A stretch of 64,000 nucleotides of DNA from an uncultured Verrucomicrobiae bacterium (GTDB lineage Bacteria > Verrucomicrobiota > Verrucomicrobiia > Chthoniobacterales > JAFAMB01). The translations under genes and the position numbers were made by a program. The notes below the pieces were generated by a model. It made no database searches. It saw nothing but the letters and a program-made list of their open reading frames with translations, and was not told the origin of the DNA. Where the stretch lies: assembly GCA_963762565.1 (NCBI GenBank), contig CAVXLD010000012.1, positions 224,001 to 288,000 on the forward strand, written 5' to 3'. Below are positions 21,433-31,393 of this stretch, piece by piece; the stretch's first letter is position 1, and each line of letters begins with the position of its first letter.

Positions 21433-22236
21433 ATGAAGAACGTGCTGATTGTTTACGCGCATCCGGAACCTACGTCCTTGACCCGCCAACTCGTTGAAGT
21501 TTCTGTGGAGACGCTGCAGGAGCAGGGACACCGAGTCCTGTTGTCGGATCTTTGCGGCATGCGGTGGAAGGCGGTCTTTGATGAACACGACTTTCCGTAC
21601 CGGGCTAATCCTGACCGGCTCTCTTTCGTAAAGGAGTCGGGACATGCTTACTCAACTGGCCAGCAAACGGCGGATGTGGAAGCCGAGCAGGAGAAACTGC
21701 TTAGCACTGACGCCGTAATATTTCAGTTCCCGCTTTGGTGGTTCAGCATGCCAGCCATCCTCAAGGGATGGGTGGACAGGGTGTTCGCTTACGGGCTTGC
21801 CTATGGCTACAAGGGCGAAGGTAATCGCTATCGGTACGGCGACGGCGGCTTGAAGGGTAGACGTGCGCTTTTGTCAGTGACCCTCGGAGGGCCGGCGGCT
21901 GACTACTCGCCTCGGGGCATCAATGGCCCGCTGGATCAGCTGCTTTTTCCCATTACTCACGGCATGCTATTTTTCGCCGGCATGGATGTGCTGCCCACCT
22001 ACGCGGTCTATGGAACGGGCAGCATAACGGCGGCTGGCGTAGAGGCGGCGAAACAAGCTTGGCGTGCCCGTGTCGAGAACCTGTTCCAGGACGCGCCGAT
22101 TCCATTTCGGCGTCAAAACGGCGGCGATTATCCCGACAGTCACATCCTGGCAGGCGATGTGGCGGTTGGACAGACAGGATTGACGGCTCACGTCTCTGAG
22201 GAGCGTGAATCTCCGGAGGTTTTGGTTCCAGCGTAA
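21433..22236 (+). CDS. NAD(P)H:quinone oxidoreductase (flavodoxin_2 family)
   Basis: VLIVYAHPEPTSL, FQFPLWWFSMPAILKGWVDRVF. Confidence 0.93.
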   Translation: MKNVLIVYAHPEPTSLTRQLVEVSVETLQEQGHRVLLSDLCGMRWKAVFDEHDFPYRANPDRLSFVKESGHAYSTGQQTADVEAEQEKLLSTDAVIFQFPLWWFSMPAILKGWVDRVFAYGLAYGYKGEGNRYRYGDGGLKGRRALLSVTLGGPAADYSPRGINGPLDQLLFPITHGMLFFAGMDVLPTYAVYGTGSITAAGVEAAKQAWRARVENLFQDAPIPFRRQNGGDYPDSHILAGDVAVGQTGLTAHVSEERESPEVLVPA

Positions 22237-22601
22237 AGCGATGGCGAGGGCCAGGGCGCAAGCTCCAGCTTGGGCTTCTAAAGCCGATTCGAGAACAGCT
22301 GGTGCGTAAGGCAGGGGTTGGCTTGGCTGAAGCGGAAAACAGAATGTAGCTGGGTTCCACGTACGGCACCCGGCAATGCGCAATACTCCAGTACTCCAAA
22401 ACTCCCGCCCGCAACGCTTCGCGTAGCGATGCGGCGCGGCCATCACTCCGCTCGCCAGGATTCGAGGACAGCCTGTCCGCCGTAGCCCAGGCTCTATGTT
22501 GCCAACAGCTCGCAGTCGGCCTCGCAAGCGAGGCGCGCTCCACAAACCAAGGAGTCGGCGAAGGCGGAAGGACGACGACGAAGAATACGAAGCCCCTTAC
22601 A

Positions 22602-23291
22602 TCACCCTCGTCCCAAAGCAGTCCAGCCAAACTTGAGGAGCGGGAGTCCTTCGGACGCAAAGAGAGTGAGTTTGGAAGGCAGCTCCGGGGAGCGCAGATC
22701 GGTTTCAGTGAGTTGGCGCGAAACGATGAACGACTTGTATTTCAGGTATTCGGCGCACTCGGCGTCCGCGAATGATTCAAACCCTCGAGGTACGCGTTTG
22801 AGTGAGTCGCTGTCTCGAAGTGTTAGGCCGGCGCGATCGAGCCGATTAATCACCGATTTAAACTCTTTCCAACGGTCGGCAATTGCTTCTCGGATGCGGG
22901 TCAACCCCGGCTGGTCTGGTTGATAGAAGCCAAGCGCTTCGAACGAGGCTTTCGGCTCCACATGAACGTACAACACTCCCGAACCTGGCTTTCCTCCCGT
23001 ATTGAAGACTGCTCCCAGGTTTGTCTTGTATGGTCGTTTGTCCGCGCTAAAACGCGTGTCCCGATAGATTCGGAAAATCGCTCTCTGCGGTTCTGTGGAT
23101 AGGGGGATTTTCGTCTTAGCCAACGCTGCAGACGTTGACCAAACCAGCCGGCGCAATTCTTCTTCGACCGTTTCCTTGTAGAAGGCCTTCCGTTCGTTGA
23201 ACCATTCACGCCGGTTATTCTTGTCGAGCTCGACGAGAAAACGCAGGGTCCCGTCTGAGAAACCAGCAAATTGCGGGGAGCTTGTTGGCAT
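22602..23291 (-). CDS. DUF2461 / TIGR02453 family protein
   Basis: NNRREWFNERK, IFRIYRDTRFSADKRPYKT, LKRVPRGF. Confidence 0.9.
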   Translation of the reverse strand: MPTSSPQFAGFSDGTLRFLVELDKNNRREWFNERKAFYKETVEEELRRLVWSTSAALAKTKIPLSTEPQRAIFRIYRDTRFSADKRPYKTNLGAVFNTGGKPGSGVLYVHVEPKASFEALGFYQPDQPGLTRIREAIADRWKEFKSVINRLDRAGLTLRDSDSLKRVPRGFESFADAECAEYLKYKSFIVSRQLTETDLRSPELPSKLTLFASEGLPLLKFGWTALGRG

Positions 23292-23398
23292 GGTCTTCTC
23301 CTCGGGAAATAAGAACAGGTACGGCCGGTGGCGGGCAACCGAAAAATTGATTTACCAGACAAAAGGAATGAGGGCGGTAGCGGACTGGCTGTGCGCTT

Positions 23399-23869
23399 CT
23401 AGTTTAGGTCAGGGTTCGCAGCGTAATATTTCAAGGCCCGCTCGTAGCGTTTGATATGAACGTCGGTAGCGCTATCCGCTACCAGCTTTAGAAGTAGTGA
23501 GATCGCCCCTCGAAACCGTTCCTCAGAGTACAAAGTTAACGCTAAGAAAGCCGGAAACTCAGAGGTATCGCCATAGTCTTCGATGCCTTTTCGAAGCAAC
23601 TCTTCCGAACGCCCGAATTCTTTGAGATTCCGGTATGTGCTCCCGGCGCCAAGTAATGCACCTCTCAGGTTCTCTCCGCTTAGTCCCAATGCCAAGGCCT
23701 TTTCATAGTGACCTAAGGCGTCTGCTTCCGACCCTTGGGCGTCTCGAATCCACCCCGCAAAGTAGTGAGCGACGGCAACGTTCGGCTCACGCTTCAGCCA
23801 GTCGTCAGCCAGGGCTTGCGCGAGCGCATAATCCTTATTTGCTAGAGCGCTTCGAATTTGGTCTTCCAT
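23399..23869 (-). CDS. Tetratricopeptide-repeat protein
   Basis: AHYFAGW..D.QG.E..A..HYEKALALGL, GAGSTYRNL, FLALTLY helical repeats. Confidence 0.8.
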   Translation of the reverse strand: MEDQIRSALANKDYALAQALADDWLKREPNVAVAHYFAGWIRDAQGSEADALGHYEKALALGLSGENLRGALLGAGSTYRNLKEFGRSEELLRKGIEDYGDTSEFPAFLALTLYSEERFRGAISLLLKLVADSATDVHIKRYERALKYYAANPDLN

Positions 23870-24066
23870 ATGGATAAAATGAAGTCGGCAGACGGTTTCG
23901 AGATGATTTGGCAGGGATGCGGGGCGAAGCTTGGTTCCGGTTCTACTGATTAACTCAAATGGCTACTGCCTTCCGCAGATACGTCGCCTTCTTACGAGCG
24001 GTCAATGGCGGACAAGTTAACACGATCCTCAAGGGAGATCTCCGATAGGTTCCCTAAACAATCAGC

Positions 24067-25017
24067 ATGAAAATCCATCTAGACACCGATTTGGGCGGCG
24101 ACATCGATGATCTTTGCGCGTTGGCCATGTTGCTTAACTGGCCCGGGGTCGAATTGATCGGCGTGACGACGGTAGCTGAGCATCAGGGAAAGCGAGCAGG
24201 TTATACCCGCTACGCTCTGGCACTGACGGGCCGGGATCAGGTCCCGGTTGCGGCGGGTGCTGATGTTTCTCTGGGTTGCTATCGGTCTACCCCAGGTCTT
24301 CCAGACGAAGCACGCTACTGGCCGGAACCTGTATTATCGAAAGCGAGCCCCGCGGAACAAGCGCTCGATCTGCTGGAGAAGAGTATTCGGGAAGACGCTA
24401 TTATCGCGGCAGTCGGTCCCTACACGAATTTGGCTCTGCTAGAGAAACGGGCGCCCGGCATTTTATCCCAAGCGCGACTTTTTCTTATGGGTGGATACAT
24501 CTTCCCCGTCCGAAGCGGTTTCCCAGCTTGGGATGGTGAAGTGGATTTCAATGTGCAGATCGATGTGGAATCGGCGAACCTCGTCTTTGAAGCTTCCAAC
24601 CCCACGCTGGTTCCACTATCGGTGACGCTCGAGACCTCTCTTCGTAGGGCCTATTTACCTCGGTTACAACAGTCGGGACCATTGGGCCAACTCATCGCCC
24701 GACAAGCGGAAGCCTTTGCTGAAGATCTGAAGTATGAAGCGCTTTTTGGCCGGACGTGTGGGGGATTGCCCGCCGACACGATCAATTTCCAACATGATCC
24801 GTTAACCTGCGCGATTGCGCTGGGCTGGGATCAAGGCGTGGTGATTGAGAAAATTCCAGTCAGCTCGACCATCGTAGATGGATGGATGCAGCAAAAAATC
24901 GTGCCCGGCGGAAAAATGACCGGCGTGGTCAGCGCAGTGGACGGTCCGGCATTTAGCGAGTTCTGGGTTAAGGTTGTGACGTCGAGAGAAAGCAAGGAGC
25001 AAGGAGCTAGAATCTAG
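24067..25017 (+). CDS. Inosine/uridine-preferring nucleoside hydrolase family protein
   Basis: DTDLGGDIDD, VGPYTNLA, LMGG, DFNV..D, HDPL motifs. Confidence 0.9.
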   Translation: MKIHLDTDLGGDIDDLCALAMLLNWPGVELIGVTTVAEHQGKRAGYTRYALALTGRDQVPVAAGADVSLGCYRSTPGLPDEARYWPEPVLSKASPAEQALDLLEKSIREDAIIAAVGPYTNLALLEKRAPGILSQARLFLMGGYIFPVRSGFPAWDGEVDFNVQIDVESANLVFEASNPTLVPLSVTLETSLRRAYLPRLQQSGPLGQLIARQAEAFAEDLKYEALFGRTCGGLPADTINFQHDPLTCAIALGWDQGVVIEKIPVSSTIVDGWMQQKIVPGGKMTGVVSAVDGPAFSEFWVKVVTSRESKEQGARI

Positions 25018-25045
25018 GAGCTAGGAGCTAGGAGCGCGCGTGCGG

Positions 25046-25771
25046 CTATACAGCTTTTTTTGCCCACAACAAAAGGTACCGGCTGATCGATGGAATTGGT
25101 CCTTTGGTGAAATCTGTCTCCAGACGTTCTAAGCCGCGCTGAAATGCGTCCTCAGATAGCAGACGTAAGCAGGAAAAGGCTTTGGCGCGATAAGGCGCGA
25201 GGTCGCTGAGCAAGGCAACTGCACGGACCTCTTCCTGGCGCAGGTCAACCAGGCCGGCGTCGCGCAATTCACTTTCGAGGGTGTCTGTCCGAGGATACCG
25301 GGCGAGCTCGATTTCTATGGTTTCCGGCCAATAGACCGACAGGGGCGTTCGGTTTCGAATGATTTCTTCCGAGTCAGTCGCGATAGCGAACAGCCCTCCC
25401 TTCGATAGGAGCCGATCTGTTTCCTGAAAAGCTCGTGAACGATCACAGAAATGGTGAATGGCATCAACGGTGAAAACGAAGTCAAATTGGCCATCCGCGA
25501 ACCCAGTCTCCTCGGCCGGAGCACAAATCCAGGTCACCTGCGCTCCGTGAGATCGGGCCCTACGGAGCATCTCATCTGATGGGTCGATACCATAGGCGAT
25601 GCAGCCAGTCTCGGCCTGGAGAGCGCTGATATAATTCCCGGTACCACAACCCACCTCCAGCACCGTGGATCTTCTTTGGATACCGGCTCCCGCAAAAAGA
25701 GCCGCCAACGCTGGGCGATGAATCTGCCTGAACCGCGCGTATTCTTGTGAGGTCTTTTCGTCGTAGGTCAT
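25046..25771 (-). CDS. Class I SAM-dependent methyltransferase
   Basis: VLEVGCGTG, GIDPS..ML, FDFVF. Confidence 0.9.
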   Translation of the reverse strand: MTYDEKTSQEYARFRQIHRPALAALFAGAGIQRRSTVLEVGCGTGNYISALQAETGCIAYGIDPSDEMLRRARSHGAQVTWICAPAEETGFADGQFDFVFTVDAIHHFCDRSRAFQETDRLLSKGGLFAIATDSEEIIRNRTPLSVYWPETIEIELARYPRTDTLESELRDAGLVDLRQEEVRAVALLSDLAPYRAKAFSCLRLLSEDAFQRGLERLETDFTKGPIPSISRYLLLWAKKAV

Positions 25772-25823
25772 TGGTCTCAACTACTCTTGTTCCACAAACT
25801 AATCAGCCTAGTCGGCGGTACCG

Positions 25824-26294
25824 TTAGATCCATCTGTGCACCCGATTCTTATAGTGTATCCAGTTCTCGCCGAAATCCCTTTCCAGCTGCTTCTCTTCTC
25901 TTCTGATAAACAGGTCCACCAGAGGTAGATGAAGGACCGTAATCAGCAGACCCATGAGCGATCCTATCCACAAAGCTGCTCCAAAAAATACGAATACATT
26001 GCCGCCAAGATAAAGCGGGTTACGGGAGAAGCGATAAGGCCCGGAGGTAAAAAGGATCTTCTGTGGCTGCAGAGAGATCACTTTGAGGTGGTGGGCGTAG
26101 AAGTAGAATGCCGCCCATACACGTAAGAGAAATCCAGCACTAATGAGTAACCAGCCTGCCAGTGTTGCCAAGGCGGAGTGAAAACCGTGGATCCCCAGGA
26201 GGCGGTCTAGCGTCGTACCGAGGAAAGCAACGCAGGACCCCACCAGCACGACCGAGATGTTGTGAAGAATGCTTTTGAATAAATACCGTACCAT
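25824..26294 (-). CDS. PEMT/ICMT family membrane methyltransferase
   Basis: TSGPYRFSRNPLYLG, REEKQLERDFG..W..Y...V.RWI. Confidence 0.85.
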   Translation of the reverse strand: MVRYLFKSILHNISVVLVGSCVAFLGTTLDRLLGIHGFHSALATLAGWLLISAGFLLRVWAAFYFYAHHLKVISLQPQKILFTSGPYRFSRNPLYLGGNVFVFFGAALWIGSLMGLLITVLHLPLVDLFIRREEKQLERDFGENWIHYKNRVHRWI

Positions 26295-27120
26295 CAGATT
26301 CCTTCTCAGGTTGGCTCCAGGGACCTTAACGCAGAATTCGCTCGCGGGAATATCCACTAAAGATGCCACCGCCGCGGGGCTGCCGCTGCGCTCTTCAATG
26401 CGCCAGTGTGTGTATGAGGGGTTATGATCATAACCCGCTTAACCTGTCAAAAAATGGGGTGCAGCCAATGCCCCGTGCGTCGAAACCATTTTCAACAACC
26501 TCCGCGGGTAGCCGGAGAAGGTCTAGGTTAAAGCCTGGTGGCCTCGCAAGGGGCAGCGCTCCACAATCATACGTTCCGCGCATTTTCCTGGGAAAACTGC
26601 CAGGACTTCCAGCAATCGCAGGTTAGTCAGTTAGCAATAACTCACACTTAAGATCTCTAATACCAGTCGAGCATGTTATTGCGATAGGTGTTCATGATGA
26701 ATCAGAACTTCGATCGCGTGTCCTCTTCTAACCATTCTTCTGCTGACTACGAAAACGATTGAAGACGTTAAGCGTTGATACTTTGGCTACTGGAGCACGC
26801 AAGGCATCTTTAACTAATCGAGCGAGAAGAAGATCGCTGTATGAGACAAATTTGAGTTTTATGAAATGAAATTATTTTAATAGGAAGCCTGATAATCATA
26901 CTAATCTAGTAGGTATAACCGGCGATATCAGATATATGACGAAGAAACGTAATCTGCGTCTGCAGAGCCATTTACAGCTCTTGTGAATGTTCGCCTTTCT
27001 CGAGAAATCTTGCAAAACGCACTGGTTACGGCTAGTCAGTTTTACCAACCGATCGGTGTAGAAAGATTCTCAAAATATTTTTCTTCTATTCGTGTTAAGT
27101 ACTTTGTTACCTTGTTACAA

Positions 27121-28574
27121 ATGAACTTGCCCTCCTTTACCCGGTCGGCATTAGTCACGGGTCTTTACTCACTAGTGTTTGCTGTATCTGCGTATGCAGT
27201 TCCGTTTCTTGATATCAAATCCAACTGCCGATTGTGGTTGGTTCCGCGGTATCGGGAGCCGCTGCACATTTAAACAACGATCTGTATTATGCCGGTGGTA
27301 CAACTTCCGCCGGCGCTGTAACCAATGCGTTTACACAAGTTAACCTGTTCAACCAGGCTGTCACTCCCCTTGCTCCGATGCCGACCGCGCGAGCCGGTCT
27401 CGGGCTGGTTGGGTTCTTTTACAATCAGAGTGGTACAGTCGATGCGCTCCTGGCGGTAGGTGGAACCAATGGCTCCACAGCGGTAGGTAACGTTGAGCTA
27501 TACAATCCGGTTACTGGAACCTGGAGTGAGTTGGCCCCGATACCGACCCCACGCGCATATCTGACCGTGGTGGCTGGAGTGGACCAAAGAGTCTACGCGA
27601 TCGGCGGCGTGAATTCGAGCGGTCAGGCCGTGGGTACAGTAGAAATCTACAATCCGGCCAAGAATACCTGGGCAGAAGGACCATCGTTAAATACGGCCCG
27701 GGCACACCACGCTTCGGTCATGAGCTTTTGACGATGTGATTTTTGTGGCAGGCGGCGTGGATGTGAATGGCAACGTCTTGAACTCAACGGAAGTGTACAA
27801 CCTGTCGAACACCACTCCATCCTGGTTCACGGGAGTCCCAATGCTCAGTCCTCGTTCAGATTTCGGGATCGCCTGGCCGCGGATGGATACCTGCATGCGT
27901 TCGGGGGCCTAACAACGGGCGGTACGCAACTTAAAACCATCGAGGGATACCAATTCAGTACCGGTAAGTGGACGAAGGAGCCGCACGCATTGCCGGAACC
28001 GCTGTCTGGGATTGCGGTTACAGAGACTTTGAACGGCGCCGATTTTATAGTAGGCGGTCAGAGCGGGTCTACGATCGAAACAACAGCGATACGGGCCAAG
28101 TCACCAAAAACGCCGTCCATACGGTGACATTCTTCGTGCACACGGATGATCAGCCTTATGTACATGGCAATCAGGCGATGGACCAAATACCGCCGTTAAA
28201 TACGGTTGGTCTTCTGTCGCTTGGTCTTCTGAGCACGACAAACTTCACGAGTTCCGGGTATTGCGGGTACGATCGAGGCGGGCGGCAGTCTTACTGTCGA
28301 CATTCCAGGTACGATCATTGTGGGCGCCATCAATACGGTGACCGTCACCGCTGAGAACCAAGACGGGACTGATCCGGTAACGATTGGTTCGGTCAATTCA
28401 CTGCTTGGACTTAGCGGGGATGTCACTGTCCCGATTACGCCTCCGGTGGTGCTGAAGAACAAGGCGTTGGTATTGAGCCTATCTACTCTCCTCGGAGTGG
28501 ATCTTAATCTTTCGGGTGGCGTCGTGACCGTTAAGATCCAGGGCTTGGACGGAAGACCAAGCGATCCTCAATAA
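27121..28574 (+). pseudogene. Secreted Kelch-repeat protein with C-terminal beta-rich domain, broken by about 5 frameshifts
   Basis: Signal peptide at ATG 27121; Kelch repeats (YAGG..., PMPTAR, AVGG, ELYNP.TGTW, YAIGG, FVAGG, HAFGG) continue across successive frames to TAA at 28574. Could be sequencing error. Confidence 0.75.
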
Positions 28575-28651
28575 TAATACGGGCTCGGCAGAGCTTCGGC
28601 TCAAGCCGGTGTCCTAAAGCAGAATTACAAAACAAAATATTCTAAAACCCG

Positions 28652-28684
28652 CCCCCGGGCCCTTTGGTCCGGGGGTTTCTTTTT
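28652..28684 (+). terminator. Intrinsic terminator
   Basis: CCCCGGGCC-CTTT-GGTCCGGGG stem followed by TTTCTTTTT after the Kelch gene. Confidence 0.75.
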
Positions 28685-28858
28685 GATCAGCGGGCCCGGC
28701 TTAAGAATGCCTTGCGTTTTTCTGAATTCGCCCGAGTTTAGCGCTCCGATAGTTCTAGTTTATTGCCCGGTGGATCGTCAGGTGGGGTTTCCTCAGTGGT
28801 GATTTGAAACCCGGTGTTCGGGAACGGCTGTGTGACTTGATACATCGTAATTGTTGAT

Positions 28859-29170
28859 ATGAAATTATTTGTTGGAAATCTTCCCTTCTCGACTGTGGAA
28901 GACGATCTGCGCGATTTATTCTCCCAATACGGCACTGTAACCGACGTGTTTGTGGCGACGGACCGGGTTAGTGGACGCTCACGTGGGTTTGGCTTCGTGA
29001 CCATGGGAAATGAAGCCGAAGGCCAAGCGGCGATCAGCGCACTGGAGGGCCACGCCCTGGATAATCGTAATTTGACCGTGAACGAAGCGCGCCCGAAAGA
29101 AGAGGGCGGCGGCGGCCGACCGCGATCATTTGGCGGCAATAAACGCCCGTTCAGCGACCGCCGGCGTTAA
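28859..29170 (+). CDS. RRM (RNP-1) RNA-binding protein with Gly-rich tail
   Basis: RNP2 KLFVGNL, RNP1 RSRGFGFV, LTVNEARP. Confidence 0.95.
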   Translation: MKLFVGNLPFSTVEDDLRDLFSQYGTVTDVFVATDRVSGRSRGFGFVTMGNEAEGQAAISALEGHALDNRNLTVNEARPKEEGGGGRPRSFGGNKRPFSDRRR

Positions 29171-29370
29171 GCCAGCACGGGCAAGACGAACTGCTTAGGT
29201 CTTCGCGGTTTGTGCGGGACCTATCGGCGTCTTTTAGAAGCAGGCTGTCCCGGTTGGATGCCTGGTAAGCGGCTTGGGAGCCGTCCTTTTGCAGGCGAGG
29301 TACTACCTCGCCTGTTCTGCCAGAACGAACCAGTGTTTTAATCTCAACCACAATCTATTGCGCGTTCACA

Positions 29371-29589
29371 ATGCCGACCGAGGACTCCATTGTCACTGAA
29401 GGAAAAATTGTTACGGTGCTGCCCGGGACGATGTTCCGGGTTGAACTCTCCAACCAACATCTGGTTCTGGCCCACATCTCAGGCAAAATGCGAAAAAAGT
29501 TCATCCGGCTTACGGTCGGCGATCGGGTGAAGCTGGAAATGTCGCCGTACGACCTGGGCAAAGCGCGCATCGTTTATCGGTTGGGATAA
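29371..29589 (+). CDS. infA: Translation initiation factor IF-1
   Basis: [45 protein letters not shown]; 72 aa. Confidence 0.97.
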   Translation: MPTEDSIVTEGKIVTVLPGTMFRVELSNQHLVLAHISGKMRKKFIRLTVGDRVKLEMSPYDLGKARIVYRLG

Positions 29590-29613
29590 CCTAAAACTTA
29601 TCGCGTCTGGCTA

Positions 29614-30177
29614 GTGTTCCATTGGACCGACATACTGGCTCTCGGATACCTCGGCTTTGAACTTTTCCTTGTAGCTACCCGCCGGGGAAAGCTAAAGGCT
29701 AAGTCGGTTGACCGCGGGACCATTATCGCTGCTTGGATTCTGATCCTCGGCAGTTGCATCACTGGCTTTTTCGTGACTCGCCGCATCACGGTCCTCAATT
29801 GGCCTGCGCATTCGCCGGGTATTATCTGCGTGGCTGTCTTATTTTTGGTCGGTGGTGTCGCGCTGCGCATCTGGGCCATCCGGCATCTAGGAAGATTTTT
29901 CACGGTTAATGTCGGTATTCAACAAGGACACCAAGTAATTCAGGATGGTCCCTATCGATTTGTGCGGCATCCTTCCTATACCGGCTCAGTGCTAGCGCTG
30001 ACTGGGCTTGGGTTTCTCACTTTCAACTGGCTTGGATTGGTCCTGATTGTAACCTGCACGTGGTTGGCATATGCGCTGCGGATTCCAGTAGAAGAAAAGG
30101 TGCTGATGGCGCAGTTCGGGCGCGAATATGTGGAATATGCGGCGCACACTAAGAAGTTGATACCCTGGATCTATTGA
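29614..30177 (+). CDS. ICMT family membrane methyltransferase
   Basis: LRIWAI..LGRFFT, HQVIQDGPYRFVRHPSYTG, RIPVEEKVL..QFG.EY.EY. Confidence 0.88.
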   Translation: MFHWTDILALGYLGFELFLVATRRGKLKAKSVDRGTIIAAWILILGSCITGFFVTRRITVLNWPAHSPGIICVAVLFLVGGVALRIWAIRHLGRFFTVNVGIQQGHQVIQDGPYRFVRHPSYTGSVLALTGLGFLTFNWLGLVLIVTCTWLAYALRIPVEEKVLMAQFGREYVEYAAHTKKLIPWIY

Positions 30178-30352
30178 TGGCTCGCGAGTGAGGCGCTTTC
30201 GTTCTCCCGACTTCGCTCTCTGACAGATCTGCCAACCGATGAAGATAAAAGCTTCGTCGGGCAAGCTGTCCGCCAGTCGTCCTGGACTTCATGCGCGAAG
30301 TGATAAGCGGCTCCCCTCCGGCACTCAATATGCGGACCTTGTGACTAAGGAT

Positions 30353-31132
30353 ATGATCATCACGCTGCTCACCGATTTTGGTCTAAACGACTACTACGTT
30401 GCGGCGATGAAGGGCGTGATTCTTTCGCGTTGCCGCGAAGCTCGCTTGATCGACATCAGCCATGGGATCGCCCCGCAAAATGTCCTTTCTGCTGCGTACG
30501 TGTTGCTGGGCGCCTATGCGCAATTTCCTGCTGGGAGCATTCACCTGGCAGTGGTTGATCCGGGCGTGGGATCGAAGCGGCGTGGTATTATCTTGCGAAG
30601 CGATCGCTATCTTTTCGTAGGTCCAGATAACGGTCTATTCTCATTGGTTGTACCCGAAACAGTTGAAGCGTTCGAGATTCAGCCATCTGCTTACCTGCCA
30701 GCAACGATCAGCAACACGTTTCACGGGCGCGATATTTTTGCGCCGGCGGCGGCTGGTCTAGCTGCAGGTATTAAGCCAGAGGAACTCGGCGTCTCCATTC
30801 GCGATGCAAAAAGGCTGGCGCCGCTCTCCGTAGTCCTCGGCTCAAGAATTAAGTCTCAGATTATCCATATCGATCGATTTGGTAACGCTGTGACTGGCAT
30901 TGAACGTCGCCATCTTCAGTCCGAGTTGCTGCCCCCATCATTCGTCCTTCGGGCCGGACAAACCGATATTCGTGTACAGAAGCGGTTTTATGCAGAAGAA
31001 CCTGTGGCCTCCGGTGAGCCTTTTGTGATTTGGGGCAGCCTTAATTTCTTGGAGATATCGGTCACGAACGGTTCCGCGGCGGAGTCAGTCAGCGTGTCCT
31101 GTGGTCAGGAGATTACGCTGGAGCTTGGGTAG
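30353..31132 (+). CDS. SAM hydroxide adenosyltransferase (DUF62, chlorinase/fluorinase family)
   Basis: ITLLTDFG, DISH, VVDPGVGS.R, VGPDNG, SNTFHGRDIFAP, IDRFGN. Confidence 0.93.
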   Translation: MIITLLTDFGLNDYYVAAMKGVILSRCREARLIDISHGIAPQNVLSAAYVLLGAYAQFPAGSIHLAVVDPGVGSKRRGIILRSDRYLFVGPDNGLFSLVVPETVEAFEIQPSAYLPATISNTFHGRDIFAPAAAGLAAGIKPEELGVSIRDAKRLAPLSVVLGSRIKSQIIHIDRFGNAVTGIERRHLQSELLPPSFVLRAGQTDIRVQKRFYAEEPVASGEPFVIWGSLNFLEISVTNGSAAESVSVSCGQEITLELG

Positions 31133-31150
31133 GGTCTGAATTCGATTTTA

Positions 31151-31336
31151 CCGCGCAGCCGTTACAGAACATAGCCCAGGGCTTCAGCCCTGGGTTAATC
31201 GCATAAGTGACACGCCCTGAAAGTGGCGTCCGAAGGACGATGATCCAGGTGTAAACGTAGTGCGATCTAGCGCCATTTTCGGATGACCGATTTAGTCAAT
31301 ACAATTGGGCTTTGAAACACATTTCGTCGGGCGCCA
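31151..31336 (+). repeat. REPIN family A: left arm, spacer and inner part of right arm
   Basis: CCGCGCAGCCGTTA..AGCCCAGGGCTTCAGCCCTGGG..CGCCCTGAAAGTGGCGTCCGA; the inverted arm begins TCGGGCGCCA at about 31327 and is interrupted by the IS. Confidence 0.8.
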
Positions 31337-31393
31337 CTCGTGAGGAACATGGTGGAGCTACCCACGACCCGCTGAGCAAGAGGAGGTACTTTT

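Noticed and set aside
21953..22660. 192-235 aa minus-strand ORFs
   Set aside because: They are antisense to the quinone reductase and run through a repeat-rich intergenic region, with no protein motifs.
26470..26505. TTTTCAACAACCT as an IS/MITE end
   Set aside because: No matching opposite end or second copy found in the window.
30353..31132. Halogenase (fluorinase/chlorinase) assignment
   Set aside because: It has the Asp/Arg/His-type DUF62 hydrolase motifs (VVDP, R, TFHGRD) and no halometabolite cluster context.
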